From Balanoglossus misakiensis (taxonomy: Eukaryota > Animalia > Hemichordata): 64,000 nucleotides of DNA. The translations under genes were made by a program, and so were the position numbers. A model generated the notes under the pieces. The model had not been told where the DNA came from and made no database searches. It saw only the letters and a program-made list of their open reading frames with translations. Below, one piece after another: positions 12,547 through 25,700 of this stretch (position 1 is its first letter; every line of letters starts with the position of its first letter). Location: NCBI GenBank assembly GCA_040954595.2, contig CM082587.2, forward strand, positions 4,544,093 through 4,608,092. Direction: 5' to 3'.

Positions 12547-15500
12547 TGCACCTAGAGAAACAAAGGAAAACATTTTTCCTTTTTCAATTCCCAAACAATC
12601 TCATCCACAGGATGATGCGAGTATAGTGTACACTGATTTCTACTGTTCACAATGGTACAATAACAATGAATATTAGGAAGATGTATGACTGCACTTCCAT
12701 GGAAACAGGTATAAGAAACCTAAATAATGTAAAATGTGTTTTATGCTGGTAACAATAGGAAACATTACAAGTAATGTAGTAATAATATTTTAAACATATT
12801 CGACATATTTTGTGTTTGAATAATTAATCACTGTTTATACCACATGTCCATTGTAACCATATATTTGTCTTTTATAAACTGACATCTGAAACAGTAAAAT
12901 CCAATTTTCTTTCTTTAGACTCGAAATCAGTGAACACACTGGTTCTTTCACTTACATGTTACAATGTAATCACACCAACAGACCCCACTTAGAGAAAAAT
13001 TACTTAAAATATTAAAGTAGAAATCTCACCGAGCTTTCCCATAGCGTAGCTGTCGCGACACAGTGCAGGGATGGAATTTTGTACGATTATGGTATGTCAA
13101 ATCGTTTATGCCCACACAAACACAGCCTGGGATAACTTTTCATCTAATTTTACATCAGGCGTGTATGAGTCATCCAAATTAGCCACAGACAGTCGGACAA
13201 ACTTTTTCTGACGGAATCAATCAGTGTTTCAAAATGTACGACGTGCATCACTATTGGGCAGTACTTCACCCACACTCTCTCTCTCTCTCTCCAAATGTAA
13301 CAGCTGGACGCAAAACCCATCTACATAACAATGTTCATAAAAATAGTATCAACATCTCCCTGACTGTATTAGGAATTTCCATATTTTCACAATCTGTCCT
13401 TGTACACAGTGACGCACACATCCGGTTGGTAATGCCTTTACATGTACGTCTGTTAAAATCATACACATAAATTTTTTCTGATATGACATGTAGATATAAC
13501 AATCACAACAACTGGTTTTCTCATTATGTTTAGTAAGAAGTCCCACCAGGCATTTCAGCATAATCCATAATTTACCTTTTAACATTGTAATAATAAATAT
13601 AAATAATATTTGAAAATTCACATTTATTACTGCAAAATTTTATTAATTATACAATTCATGTTCAGTAATGTTGTTTTGTACAATTTCAGAGTCCCTTACT
13701 TTGGTACTACGCAACGCAAAATAATAGTACTGTAGAAAAGACATGTTATACATGTATTTAGAATAGAATAACATAGAATAAATGGAGGCTCATGTACTTG
13801 TGAAAAGAAACATAAACAGAGGCTCATGTACAAAGGACTGTGTGCAGACAAGAACACAAAACAGGGCCATACTAGACTGATACACAAAAACAGACCCAGT
13901 ATTCTTGAATAGAGTGATCTATTTATGGCAAAACAGGCAACGACTAACATTGTTAAAATAAGCCATTTGCAATCCTTTCAATGAAGGCTATTACAGTGCA
14001 AATTGTTTTTCTGTCATAAGTGGGTGTGTTTATATTGTAGGATAGAACTGATCTCTGTGTACATGCGTCTCCACACGTCAGTGCATGATACTGGCCCTGT
14101 ACACAAACAGTGTTGGCCGTGTGGGGGTGGAATAAATTAGTGTGACTGTTGCCATATCAACAGTATCATATGACACTTAGCGTGATAAGCGATGGCGTGA
14201 ACTTGACAGTCTGAGTGAGTATGTGCTATTTGGAAGGGTTGTGTTCCTGTTTCTGTTCCTGTTACTAACACATTGCTGTTGCAACAACTGAAGTAGTTAT
14301 TGTTTGCAGGGTATGTGTTACTTCTTTTTTAGACAGATCATTTTCACCTGGACTTAAAATGAAAGAGGACTTGCAAATTGACAGACATGGGGCTACGGTT
14401 TTGCATGGAGGAAGTCACAAGTTCCGGAGAGGAACCTGGGCTCTATAGATCACCGCTGGACTACATTATGAATGCTGAAAAAAACACTGCAGCCTAAACT
14501 GACCTCTGAAGAGATCCAGCAAGTCGTTGCAGCTTCGACTCATCCGGCGCTTCTCGTTGTGGCCCCATGCCTTGGCTCTCTGGAAATATCCCGTTTCTGG
14601 TACAGCCAGCATGTTTACCCCATGCAAGAATCTATACTGCAGATATTTACCACCGCAATGCAGAGCGAGCAGCGAACTAGAGCTGGAACGCAAGACCGAC
14701 TGACACTTCCATAGGGAACTGGCTCTGACAACAGCCAGCCACTTCCTACTTTGTCAACACGATTTACACAAAGAGCAAATAAACAACAATTAGGCTGACT
14801 CATAGGCCTTTTTGGAATAGACTGGGGACTTTGGAATCGTCAAGAACAAATAACACTAGGCGGCCCAGCTCACCTTGACAACGCTGTTGACAGTCAGATG
14901 GTCTTACTCTCCGAGAGGTCACCGCCGAGGTCACGTATTCTGCTTAAAATACTTCTTTAATCTTTTGGAAGATATCAATTTCAGAGGATAAATAGATGAC
15001 AACTTGACACTTGGCCTGAAGATATGGTGTCAAGATGAATACTGTGGGTGATACATGTATACCAGTGTGCCACGGGCAATTTCAAAACTCAATTGACTGA
15101 ATCTCAATGAATGGGCTCGATGGAATGAATGGAAAGACATGGGGTCGGAAACTACAAAAGCCTTGCTTTTTTAACATACACGCTTACCTGAAGATAGATT
15201 GAATTTGACATTTATGATGGGGCGCTTATATTACTTCATTTGGAGCCAATATTTCAACTGCCGGTAAAACAATCTTATGAGTCAATCGAAGACCGCAATT
15301 TCCGGAGAAGTTTGGATGTTAATTCCATACCACTTTACTAGTTAATTGCTCAATTTTCCAGATGTTATTCCGTTGAAATTAAATGGTATATTTAGAGGAA
15401 GGCCCTAGGAATTGCTCTCGATAAAAAAATTGTTTGATTATGTTTTAATTCTGGGAGTACCTGACCGTCAAACAGCCAGTGATCTAAACTGACCACACGT

Positions 15501-18500
15501 GGCTTGAGATTTATGACCACTCCCAAGTCCCAAACAGAATATGCCTAAACTACGCGGAGCAGAGTTTACAACTGCATGTGTAGAATGTGACACTAATAAT
15601 ATTTAAAGGACCAGTGGCCAGGGTACATGGGGGGATAAGTACCGGACAATTCAAGCCTATACCGTGGTGCTCAGTCGTGGGGCTGGATTGCCGCTCTGGA
15701 ATTTGGGGTCATCGATCGCGTTAACAGAGAAGGAATGCAAACATACTTGACACTCGCAGAACTGCTGCCAGCTGCCACATTTATTTCACTGCTTCTTGTA
15801 CGGGTATGTCCTAAATTGAGGGTCCAGCCCATGTGGGTCTGTCCACTAAGATAAAACACAAATGTGTCCAATTCACAGTAGTTTGGTTGGACCACATTGA
15901 TCAGCTGTCCTTGCCTCTAAAATTTCTCTCTGCACAAACACACACACACACACACAAACATCTCATCTCGAGAGCTGATATCTGACGAATCACTTCAGCA
16001 GCTAGTTACAGGGCCAGCACTTACCTCCAGAGAAATCGCAGAATAATTCAATGCTGCGAGGCAGACAAGCCTGCTTTGCTCGGTGATGTGATTTGAAAAT
16101 TATGCCGTCAAAATAGCAGCAAGATGAATAAACTGACAAGGAAATGGGATATTAATGACTCTTGACTCAGACTCCACAGGGAACATCTCAAGGAAAAGGG
16201 GAAAAAGTGCTAATCCTTCCTACTTCCTGGACCTCTATTGGGCACAGTTCAAATATTTAACATCTCGCACAGCCTTTAACTGTCACCACTGGCAATATGG
16301 ATGACTCCCTCTCCTCCAAATATTGCCAGAGGTTACCACTCTTGTCGGGATTAAACCTAACCCTCTCCACATCTTCTCCAATCTCAATTAATCCATTTTA
16401 ATACCCAATCCTAGCCTTCTGGCTCCCCATTTGACTCATACAGACCCCTCTCCTAACCCCCTCCCCACCTCTACAGCATAAACAACAGAAATTTCTCACC
16501 TGAGCTCTTGGGAACTGCATCACAGCTTCATCACAACAATGCTACTCCGACGACATGCAGCGTGTGTACCCGGTGTGTACGTGTACGTGCAACCAGAATT
16601 TCGCAGTGGCAATATCTCTCACACCCTGGAAAGAAATGCGAGAAAGGTTTAAATGGCAGGAGACTACACCCACCGGTACATGTACTTTTTCATGACCCGT
16701 TTACTTTCACCTCCTCGAAGGATAAGTATGCGGGTACTTTTTTTCTTTTGCCTGTTGGCCAAATATGACTGAAGTGAAATTTTCCCTCCCACTCACCTTT
16801 CACTATCAATGAAAAGATTCAATTTTCATATGTCACAGAGACACACATACAAAATAAAAGAAGCCATGAAACTGATCCACATAGAGAGAACCTCGGCAAC
16901 AAGAAAATGATGTCAACGTAACAGACATGCACACAGATGAGACGGAAGCCGCTGTTGCCGGACAATACTTAAAGAGGACCCCGGCAGATCAGGAAGTGAG
17001 GTCACGTAGAAAGTGAAACATGCATGCCAGCCAGCCAGCCACAGTCAGCACTGGGGCATTCTCTTTAACCAGGGCTCCCTGCCAATTTCCTTCCAGTTAA
17101 TTTGGCAACGAAAAATACCCCCACGTAATGAGTCTCGGAAATGAGTGAAGTAGACTCAATTGCACAGATGATCACTGAGAATTATGCTTTCCAAGCTCTG
17201 CACCTAATTTCTGTAAGGTTAGGTGTTGCATTCTCACCATAGACTGGCCTCTTCAGGCCCAGGACAAATTACTTGTTTCCGTATATGTTTGTTTCAGCTC
17301 TGACATCATCAACACTGTTACGAGTGAGTGAGTGAGTGAGTGCTTTTGTTGTGTATCTTTACACAAGTACCCACTGGATTCAGTACTGTTGGATATCGAT
17401 GGCTTAGCCAAATACACCTTGTACATTGTACATGTACCTCTTTGATTGGAAAATAACTGTAACATGTTGACTGAAATGTTAACCCTTTGCCTGCAGTCTC
17501 TTGAACACAAGAGATCTACTCTACTGAATCTCATACTAGAAGATGTAAATTTCTGAGTCAGCGCACTTTTAAATGCAAAGGTGCCTCAAGTTACATGTAT
17601 ATAAGCAAACATGGTTATTTATTGTCCTATATAGTATTAAAAAAGCCATTTGTGGCCCCAAATATATATTTTATTTTCCAATTTCCCTGGACTATAAAGA
17701 TTAGCCCCTCCTAAACAAAGATAAGCCAGCCAGACTGTAACCAGAATAAATATCTTGCAATAATCATTCATTACTTGCTCCTGTCCAACCCCTGCTCACA
17801 ACAACAAGTCACTCGCATTTTCTGCAGCGCTGAGCTCAGGGAAATCAAGCTACATGTACGTGCATAGCCTTGTTTGCCACTGACGGCTGGCTGCACATCA
17901 CTACACCCAGCTGAACAAATCACCGAGGGGGAAAAATATGGGTTTGCAAGGGTTTTCAGAAAGACAACATTTAGCCGATTTTTCGCTTCTGGTCTCTTTG
18001 ATATCAAATATCAAACATCAGTTTACATGTATGTAGTCTTATAAGTCTGACTATAAGACATATTGGTGCTTCAGAACATCTTTACACAGGCTAGACTGCT
18101 CTGCACTAAAGTTGTACCTCACTCCTGTCCAATTTGTTCCAAGAGCTTGACATCAGCGAATGACAGCTTCAGATCTTACAGGGGCAGTCGTTGTTGATAT
18201 CCTAAGCTTCTTTCCTCAGATTTGATGTCTCCTGTCATTGTATTGCTTCTGGAGGTTTGGAGGAGATCTTGGCTTCATGTTGCTTTTTAATAGGCTTAGC
18301 GTGAGTGATTCCCAGAGAGGACAGCCGGGGCCTATTATACATCACCGATGACATATCCATCAAGTTAAAATGCTAACACACAGAGCCCCGCATTCAAGGG
18401 TCTATTCAGCAGTGTTATGACGCACCAAGGTGTGTTGAGTGTGTATACAACCATTTAACAAAAGGTGGCTTCGACCTTGATTGGAATGTCTCCAATCGAC

Positions 18501-21500
18501 GGACGTGTTTACATGTACATGGGCAGAAGCCTTGGTTCATATGACATAAGCTTTCACCTTGAACTTGACCGGGTTCACACTGTGTACATACCACGAATGC
18601 TTCAAAATTACCGGGCGAGTAATTTCATTTTTTATCACTAATGGGCTGATGCGTACTCCACATTAAAATAATGTCACGTGCTGCCATCTGCAGCTATGGG
18701 AAGTGAATCAAGGAAGAAATATTCACAGACAAGCAATACACATTTACTCACACAAATTACAGTTCCTGTTTCATTGGAAGATCCATATTGACTTTCCCCA
18801 TTCTTTCATCCCCAAGACTAATTTTACCACACAATATGGAGGTTTTGAGTTATTCTTTTCTTATGAATGGCAAATTACAAATATTTAAACTCCCCCTAAA
18901 TAAATTACTGGATAATAGAATATGTAAACGTAAGCCATTACTGTGAAAAAAAATCAATTGCGTAGCGTACCATTCATGACAGAGTACAGAAAACTCATTC
19001 GTTCTGCCATGAATGGACAAACAGACTTCACCACGGATGACTCATCATGACTTCATGAGTGTCATTCTTTTCTCTCTCTCTATTTCTCACCATCCAACTG
19101 ACCCTTTTTAGAGTTTTAGAGAAAAATACCAGCATGCAGTTCATCAGCAGAATCTATTTCTAATAGCAGCGCCCTCTATGGTCACTTTGGGCATAGCTCA
19201 ATTTGTGCAGAGACAGTATTGTCTGTGTGTTATTTTTTTGGGAGTTAGGACTCTGTATGTCATTAACACTGCAGTCTTACTGAATTATTGAGTTCATGAT
19301 GTTAGTTCTTCATCCACAGAAGATACAGCAACAACCAGAACAGCAAGGTCAACTCGACCCCACAAGGAGATCAGGTCACGGGGAAAAGTGGGTCACTTTG
19401 CTGGAAAGTGTTGGTCCCTATCTTGACTTTATTTACATGGCATCTAAATTGCCTTTTAATCTTCCCTGGCAGGGCCATTGAAAAGTGGCCTACTATAAAA
19501 ATCAGGTCAGTGTACAAGACAACTGACACCCTGCCCTGTCAGGTCGATGGAGATTTCTCGTAAAACATTCACCATTTCTCAACATTCCTTTCATGCTGAA
19601 TCCGCCACTTTTTCTAAAGGCTGATCCATGTGGGTTGTAGCCATGGCAGATCATTCTTATGTGATGAAAGTGATGATCTGGCATACGATTGAACCTTGAG
19701 CCACTATGCTGCAGCTTTAAATGTGCAGAATGCAGCACGGATATTTCTGACTGACAGCTGTTTTCCAAGTCCCTGCTGATTTACATTTAACAGACAAACA
19801 ACGGGGCACTGTCACGCATGCACTGTACCACATCATCTGTGGTTACAAATATAACGTTCCGGAATCTAATTAAAAAGCCTGCCTGCATTTTTAACACACT
19901 GATGTCTTTGTCACCCAGGAATACAATGGTCTTGGGGGTTTGGTGACATGTATAAGACAAAACACATCTCTTTCCTTACTGTACATTTATCAATTTGTGT
20001 CATCCCCCCATCCCTAGTGACGTTTATGCACTACAGGGTAACTCTGATGGAATGCAACTTTCCTGTGCAAATAAAACTCAACTATTCATGTAACAATAAT
20101 TCATCATCAATGATAGTAAACCTTTCACCTCTACATTGTATTCCACTGTATGGGTTCAACAATGTCACGAGAAATAATGGACCTGATTGTGGTCAAAGAG
20201 TGATGATTCAATCATCTACATGTACTGCTGCAATTGTACAGGGTTCACTTTCTTGGGCATCAACCGGCCAAGGAACATTTGTGATTTATACTCTGAGACA
20301 AATAGCTGTGAAATGCAGCTTTACATAAACTAACAGACTGCTATTTAAAAGAATGACAGTACACACACAATGTAGTGTGAACCGCCTATTTTTAACCACC
20401 AGTTGGGGGTAAGAATGGAAAAACACCCGGAACAATTCCAGAACCCTGGAAATTTTAACACCAGGAGTCCAGTTAATTAGTCTGCCACCACCAGTCCCCG
20501 GCATTATGTAATGATTACAAGTCTCTGCAACATGGTGCCCCATCATGTACATCAATGCCTGGAATGCCCGGTATGGGATGAGACTTCCATGTAACAGCGG
20601 ACAAGGTCCTGCACTAGCAGCAAGTGACAACCAGGCACATACAGCCAGCAGCTATACATACAACTTGAAGATGCCATATTTTTAGACACTTGGGAGGCAC
20701 TTGAGCAGGCATTCACACTGTATGTATTGGGCCAAAGGGACTGTGATTGGGCTGATTACAGCAGAAAACAAACCAACCCACACAACACAATTAACACTTT
20801 TTAAGTACTGTGAACTGTACTTGTCACCTTACCATAAAAAGCTGTCAAAACTCAGTGCATATACAGTGTATTTTACATAACATTTTCTTCAAATCTGAGA
20901 AGAAAATGTTTATATCATACACCCATGTACCTTTCACCCATGTATCATAAATGGTTACATTGTAGCCATTATTAAAATAGGGGCCTATTGATTTTAGGCC
21001 TGATATTGACATGGGGTGAATCAATATAAATGATTATTTAGTATTTGTCAATATTCCATCATGATGTCGGTGCAAGACAAGAATAAAAGACATTTTGAGC
21101 AGTACAACTTCGATTTATAATCATTGTGCATAGTCCTAAGAAGAAATCTGCAGTAGTTTAGCAGGTGCAAAACCTAGGATCTCCATCTACTTACCTTAGA
21201 GTGTGGGAACTGAGGTGAATTTTATATGTGGATGATTCATAAGTGACACAAGAGTAAGTTTGGATTTTTGAAGAGTATAAAAGGGTATTATCCTGCAGTC
21301 AATGAACGGCTAGATGCACACACGCCCACGTATGTGAAGGTTTTCTTCGGTGAACAGACAGGAAGCTACGCGATCAGTGTGATGCACTGCGTTGGTTCGT
21401 ACGTGTAGAGATGATGACTGTAGTCTGTACCTCGATGCAAAATTACCGGCGACACTGCTTCTAAGCTGTACAGCAATGTGATATCAGGGTAAAAACTGCC

Positions 21501-21759
21501 AATTCTTCGACTGGATACTGCCGATCGCCGATGATGATTTTAAATTCACAACTTTACACACAGCTCACGCGGGTTCAACTCATTGATGATCACGCTCACA
21601 CGAAAACACACCTCTCTTGTTTTGTTTTCTTCCGTGATCGTCGAGGCACTCCTGGCATCTGGGCAACGCTCCTTGCTCGACGATCACTACACGGATATGG
21701 AGACGAAGATCCGTATATCCCGTGATGAGTAATTTACAGAAAATTCTTCATTACAACAA

Positions 21760-22190
21760 GCCGACGAACAACTTCGAGTAACGGACTGGTCCCGGCGCGG
21801 TGTCTGCGATCGAAGCGCTAATGCATCTTGTGAAAAGAACAACCCAAATCAATGACGTCATTAAAATATGCTGGTGAACCCTAGGTCAACTTTACTCTAA
21901 CCAGCGATATTTTTTTATCGAAAGCTTTTTAATATTATGTAGTAAATATACCGTAAATTATAAAAATAATGGGTTTCGAACAATAAAGACGCTTGGTACT
22001 TGCTCATTATTAACCTTCTTTGACAAGTTCATAGGTCAAAGAGAAGTATCATTACATCATCATTTTACGTCTACAGAACCTCGTTTTGGTATGCACTGAA
22101 TCAATCACCTGCACTGGCATGCAATCGACATGATAGACGTTCCAGGTGACCGTGCAAGAACACTGTACGTTATGGCTTTACAGGTATTTA
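21760..22190. promoter_or_regulatory. Putative bidirectional promoter of RALGPS (-) and BTBD8 (+)
   Basis: CpG-rich stretch at about 21320-21830 ends in a minus-strand donor at 21195. Perfect CRE palindrome AATGACGTCATT at 21851-21862. BTBD8 5'UTR acceptor near 22668. Confidence 0.5.
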
Positions 22191-22792
22191 TCACTTATTT
22201 ATAACGTACCTACTTTTCGACTGTCATGCTGTTATATATATGGGCCAAGCAGGCTGCGTTTACCAAGTGTCCAACGATCACACCGAAGTATTTCTCAGGC
22301 AGTGTCACTTGGACGAGTATGTGGACGAACATGAATCCAACCACTGATCTGTGCTTGTGGTGTATAATGCATTTATAAATACACTTGGGAATTTTTAAGC
22401 AGTTGACTGTTTGAAATTATTGTTACTGAGAAAATATATGTTTATCTTTTGTAAACATCTTAATGATAAAAGGCACAGACATGATGTGTCCCTCACCTAT
22501 GAACTTGATAGTGCAGTTGCCATGTGTGTGTAGTTTCTCACATACTTGTTTATTGAATGTGTGTTGAGTTTTGTGTAACTGTGCAATTATTCCCTCAGAA
22601 CTGTTTGACAAATACCTCTCTCACACAAAGCCCTTCTTTGTTTTCTGCTTTTCATCGTTGTGCACAGGGGCTTCAGACGTCGGAGATGTGATAGACAGAC
22701 ACCACACAGCCCCACAAAGGTAATATTTGAATCCCGGTGAACCGCAGAAGAAGAGACTGGCTGGAATTGTTTCGTTCACCATTGCAGTCACA

Positions 22793-25700
22793 ATGGCCAG
22801 GCAGGGTGGAAGCCAGATGAGTGACGCTTTCATTGAGAAGACGGCGAAAGAAAAAGCCAGGCTGATACACAAGTTAGCCAACCAACTCAAGGCTGACATG
22901 GCAAGGTGAGAAAAGCTACTTGGAGTGACATTAATGATGAGGAACAACCTAGCCTGGTCTCCATACCAGTGTGTTTTAGATCAAAAAACACACTGGTAAT
23001 ATGGAGACCAGGCTAGGAACAACCTGATTTCAGCACACACCACCTTTTATTACCAGAAAGTTAAAATTTAGATTTTTACACACAGTCGCATGGGAATTGG
23101 GATCGTATATACAGTAAAACACAGTAAAATCCTTTTACTGTGTCATAGGCGATCGCCGTGTATATACAGTCACTGTGTATATACGATCGCCATGTATATA
23201 CGATCCAATTCCCATGCGACTGTGATTTTACAGTACAAAAATGTACATTTGTACAGTATTTTATATTTTAAGTACCGCCCCTTATATTGAAATGTCATAT
23301 GTGAGGAAAATGTCCATCAAATTGAAATCAATGCCAAAGGCAATGTTTCTTTCAATCAGAAATGAAACCTGTTGGATAGAAAGAAATTCAACCTATACTG
23401 TTGTTGTTAAACGATAAATTCACTATACTGAATATCACAAAGCTAATAGCAATACAGGAAATGTGTCATTCTATCATTTGTCAAAAATAACAAAAGGACC
23501 ACCATCTCCATATTGGCAACCTGCAGTGCCACTATTTTCCAACATTTTAATACAGTTACTCATTCCTTCTTATAATATATTCAGTCTGTAAAATGATACC
23601 CTTTGACTTGATAAATATCATTTATGAAACAATTTTGTCTATATTTTGGGAAATTGATGTATGTCAATTACCCTGTTTCTAACAAGTAATATATATATGT
23701 GGAAATTATGTAACACAGAGCCGAGGTCAGGAAACAACACTAATTTTAATATAATTTCCCTTAAAAAATTGTGCATTTCCTGTATGTTTGCCTTTTATGT
23801 CGGGCATTGTGAAAGATATATGTCCAGCACTACAATGGGAACGTTGTAACAGGTGTGTGTTATTTCAGACTTCAGCACAGATTCTATCTGCCATCAACTG
23901 GGAGTTGTGTTTATGTTAGCGTGTTGGTGTAAATGGTTGAATGAGGCCAAACTTTTGTTGGATCCTCGTTGTGTGCCATAGATGTCCTCTGCTGTAGAAT
24001 CCTGACAGGGCCTGGTGGGTTGTGTCCTCTCTTGGTCCAGCTGTGATGTCTCTGTTGGTAACTAAACTCTGTTGCGAGGTGGTCATTTACCAAGTAAACT
24101 TCAGTGTGTTTCCAACTTGAGTCTGTGACTAGCCGAGGTGTCTAAATTCTGGCCTTTCAATAGTTTGTGCTGTAAATTTCTGAACTTCGGCCAGGATCAT
24201 TCCCACGTTCTGCGTCAGTTTACTGGCATTGTCAAATATTTGAATTGTGTCGATTGCTTGAAAAAGGCTTTTATGGACAAGCCAGTGATGTAGTAATTAA
24301 CCCTTAGAACAACTGCAGTAACCCATGACCAATAAAAGAAGAGAGCTGTTTCAACATGGTATTAAACGGGTAAATGCTGTCGTAAACTAATTCCAAAATG
24401 AGAATCACAAAAATGGCTATCTTTGTTTTGAATAAGACGTCCCCCAGAGTTCATAATATTTTCAAAACCCAGTGGGAAAAATGATTATGTATCCATAAGA
24501 ACTGTATCTGAATCACTGAATGCCAACGATGGTGAGGAAGCTGTGTTTTATTAACGTCCACATGTAACTGTTGTGTTAACTTAGTGTGAGTAATACCTAA
24601 CAATTACAGTGGCAGCGTTAATTGAATTCAAGCTATTTTTGTACTATTGTAATCTCTGGTAACAGTGTCTATAGATCCAGCATGGCCACTGAAGGCATTG
24701 TTGTTTTCTATATATACAGTTTTGCCCACAATATCAGTGTAACCCTCAAGTATGTACTGTTATTAGTTTGTTCCATTGTTTTCAATGGTGTTGGTGGACC
24801 CTTACACTGGTAAATAGGGGTGAAGGGTTTCAATCATTGAATAAAAATGTTTGTATTTATGATCGTGGTACATAGTGCATCACCTTGGATGTGACTGATG
24901 TTAGCAGATTCGAGTGAATGTAATCTTGATTGTCACAAGTTATTATCTGTATCATGCCCTGAACATGTACCCTGGTTGTGTTGAACCTGCATTCCCAACA
25001 GATACACAGAAAATGCCCTGAAATACAAGTCAGTACACGTCTGCTGTGAGTATCACACATTATTTGCCGGGCGGGAAGCTTTGACCAAACTGATCAGCAA
25101 CAGTTGGAATCATTCATCTGAACATTTGGCTAATAAGCACTTACATAGTGAGGACATGTCTATCACAGTTCTCACACTGACAGCAATAAATTTCACAGTT
25201 CTGAAAGGGAAGGGGTCATAATACTGTAATATTTACATTTGAAACCACAAATTCCTCCTTTATTTGAGATCACTTAAACTGACCATGGTTACCAGAATAT
25301 GTTGACTTACTTGAGTGTACTCAAATATAATAGGGTCATTATGTTTCTAAACTTGGCTGCTTTACTCAATAAAAAGTATTAGCCTACATATACATGTAAA
25401 CATGTAGTATGTATAGCAGATATTTATAGAAAAATAACAAGATAGTAGAACTGATGTTTCTGTTCTTTAAGAGTAAGACACCTATAGAATATAGAATAAC
25501 TGAAAAGCATGAACACAGAGCAAATTAGAAAAATGAAATGAATTTAAACATACAGCATCACTGACATTAAAACAAAGATAATGAAATAGGGACAGTTGTT
25601 GAAAGTGGGTGGAAATGCAGACAGACAAACTGTCGACGAGAGAGACGAAGGCAGCAGATAGATGCAGTGAATGACGAAGCACGTAGCAGTTCAAATGATT

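Noticed and set aside
23916-24086. 56-aa minus-strand sORF MTTSQQSLVTNRD...QPFTPTR in BTBD8 intron 1
   Set aside because: No recognisable motif, promoter or splice support; the length is compatible with chance.
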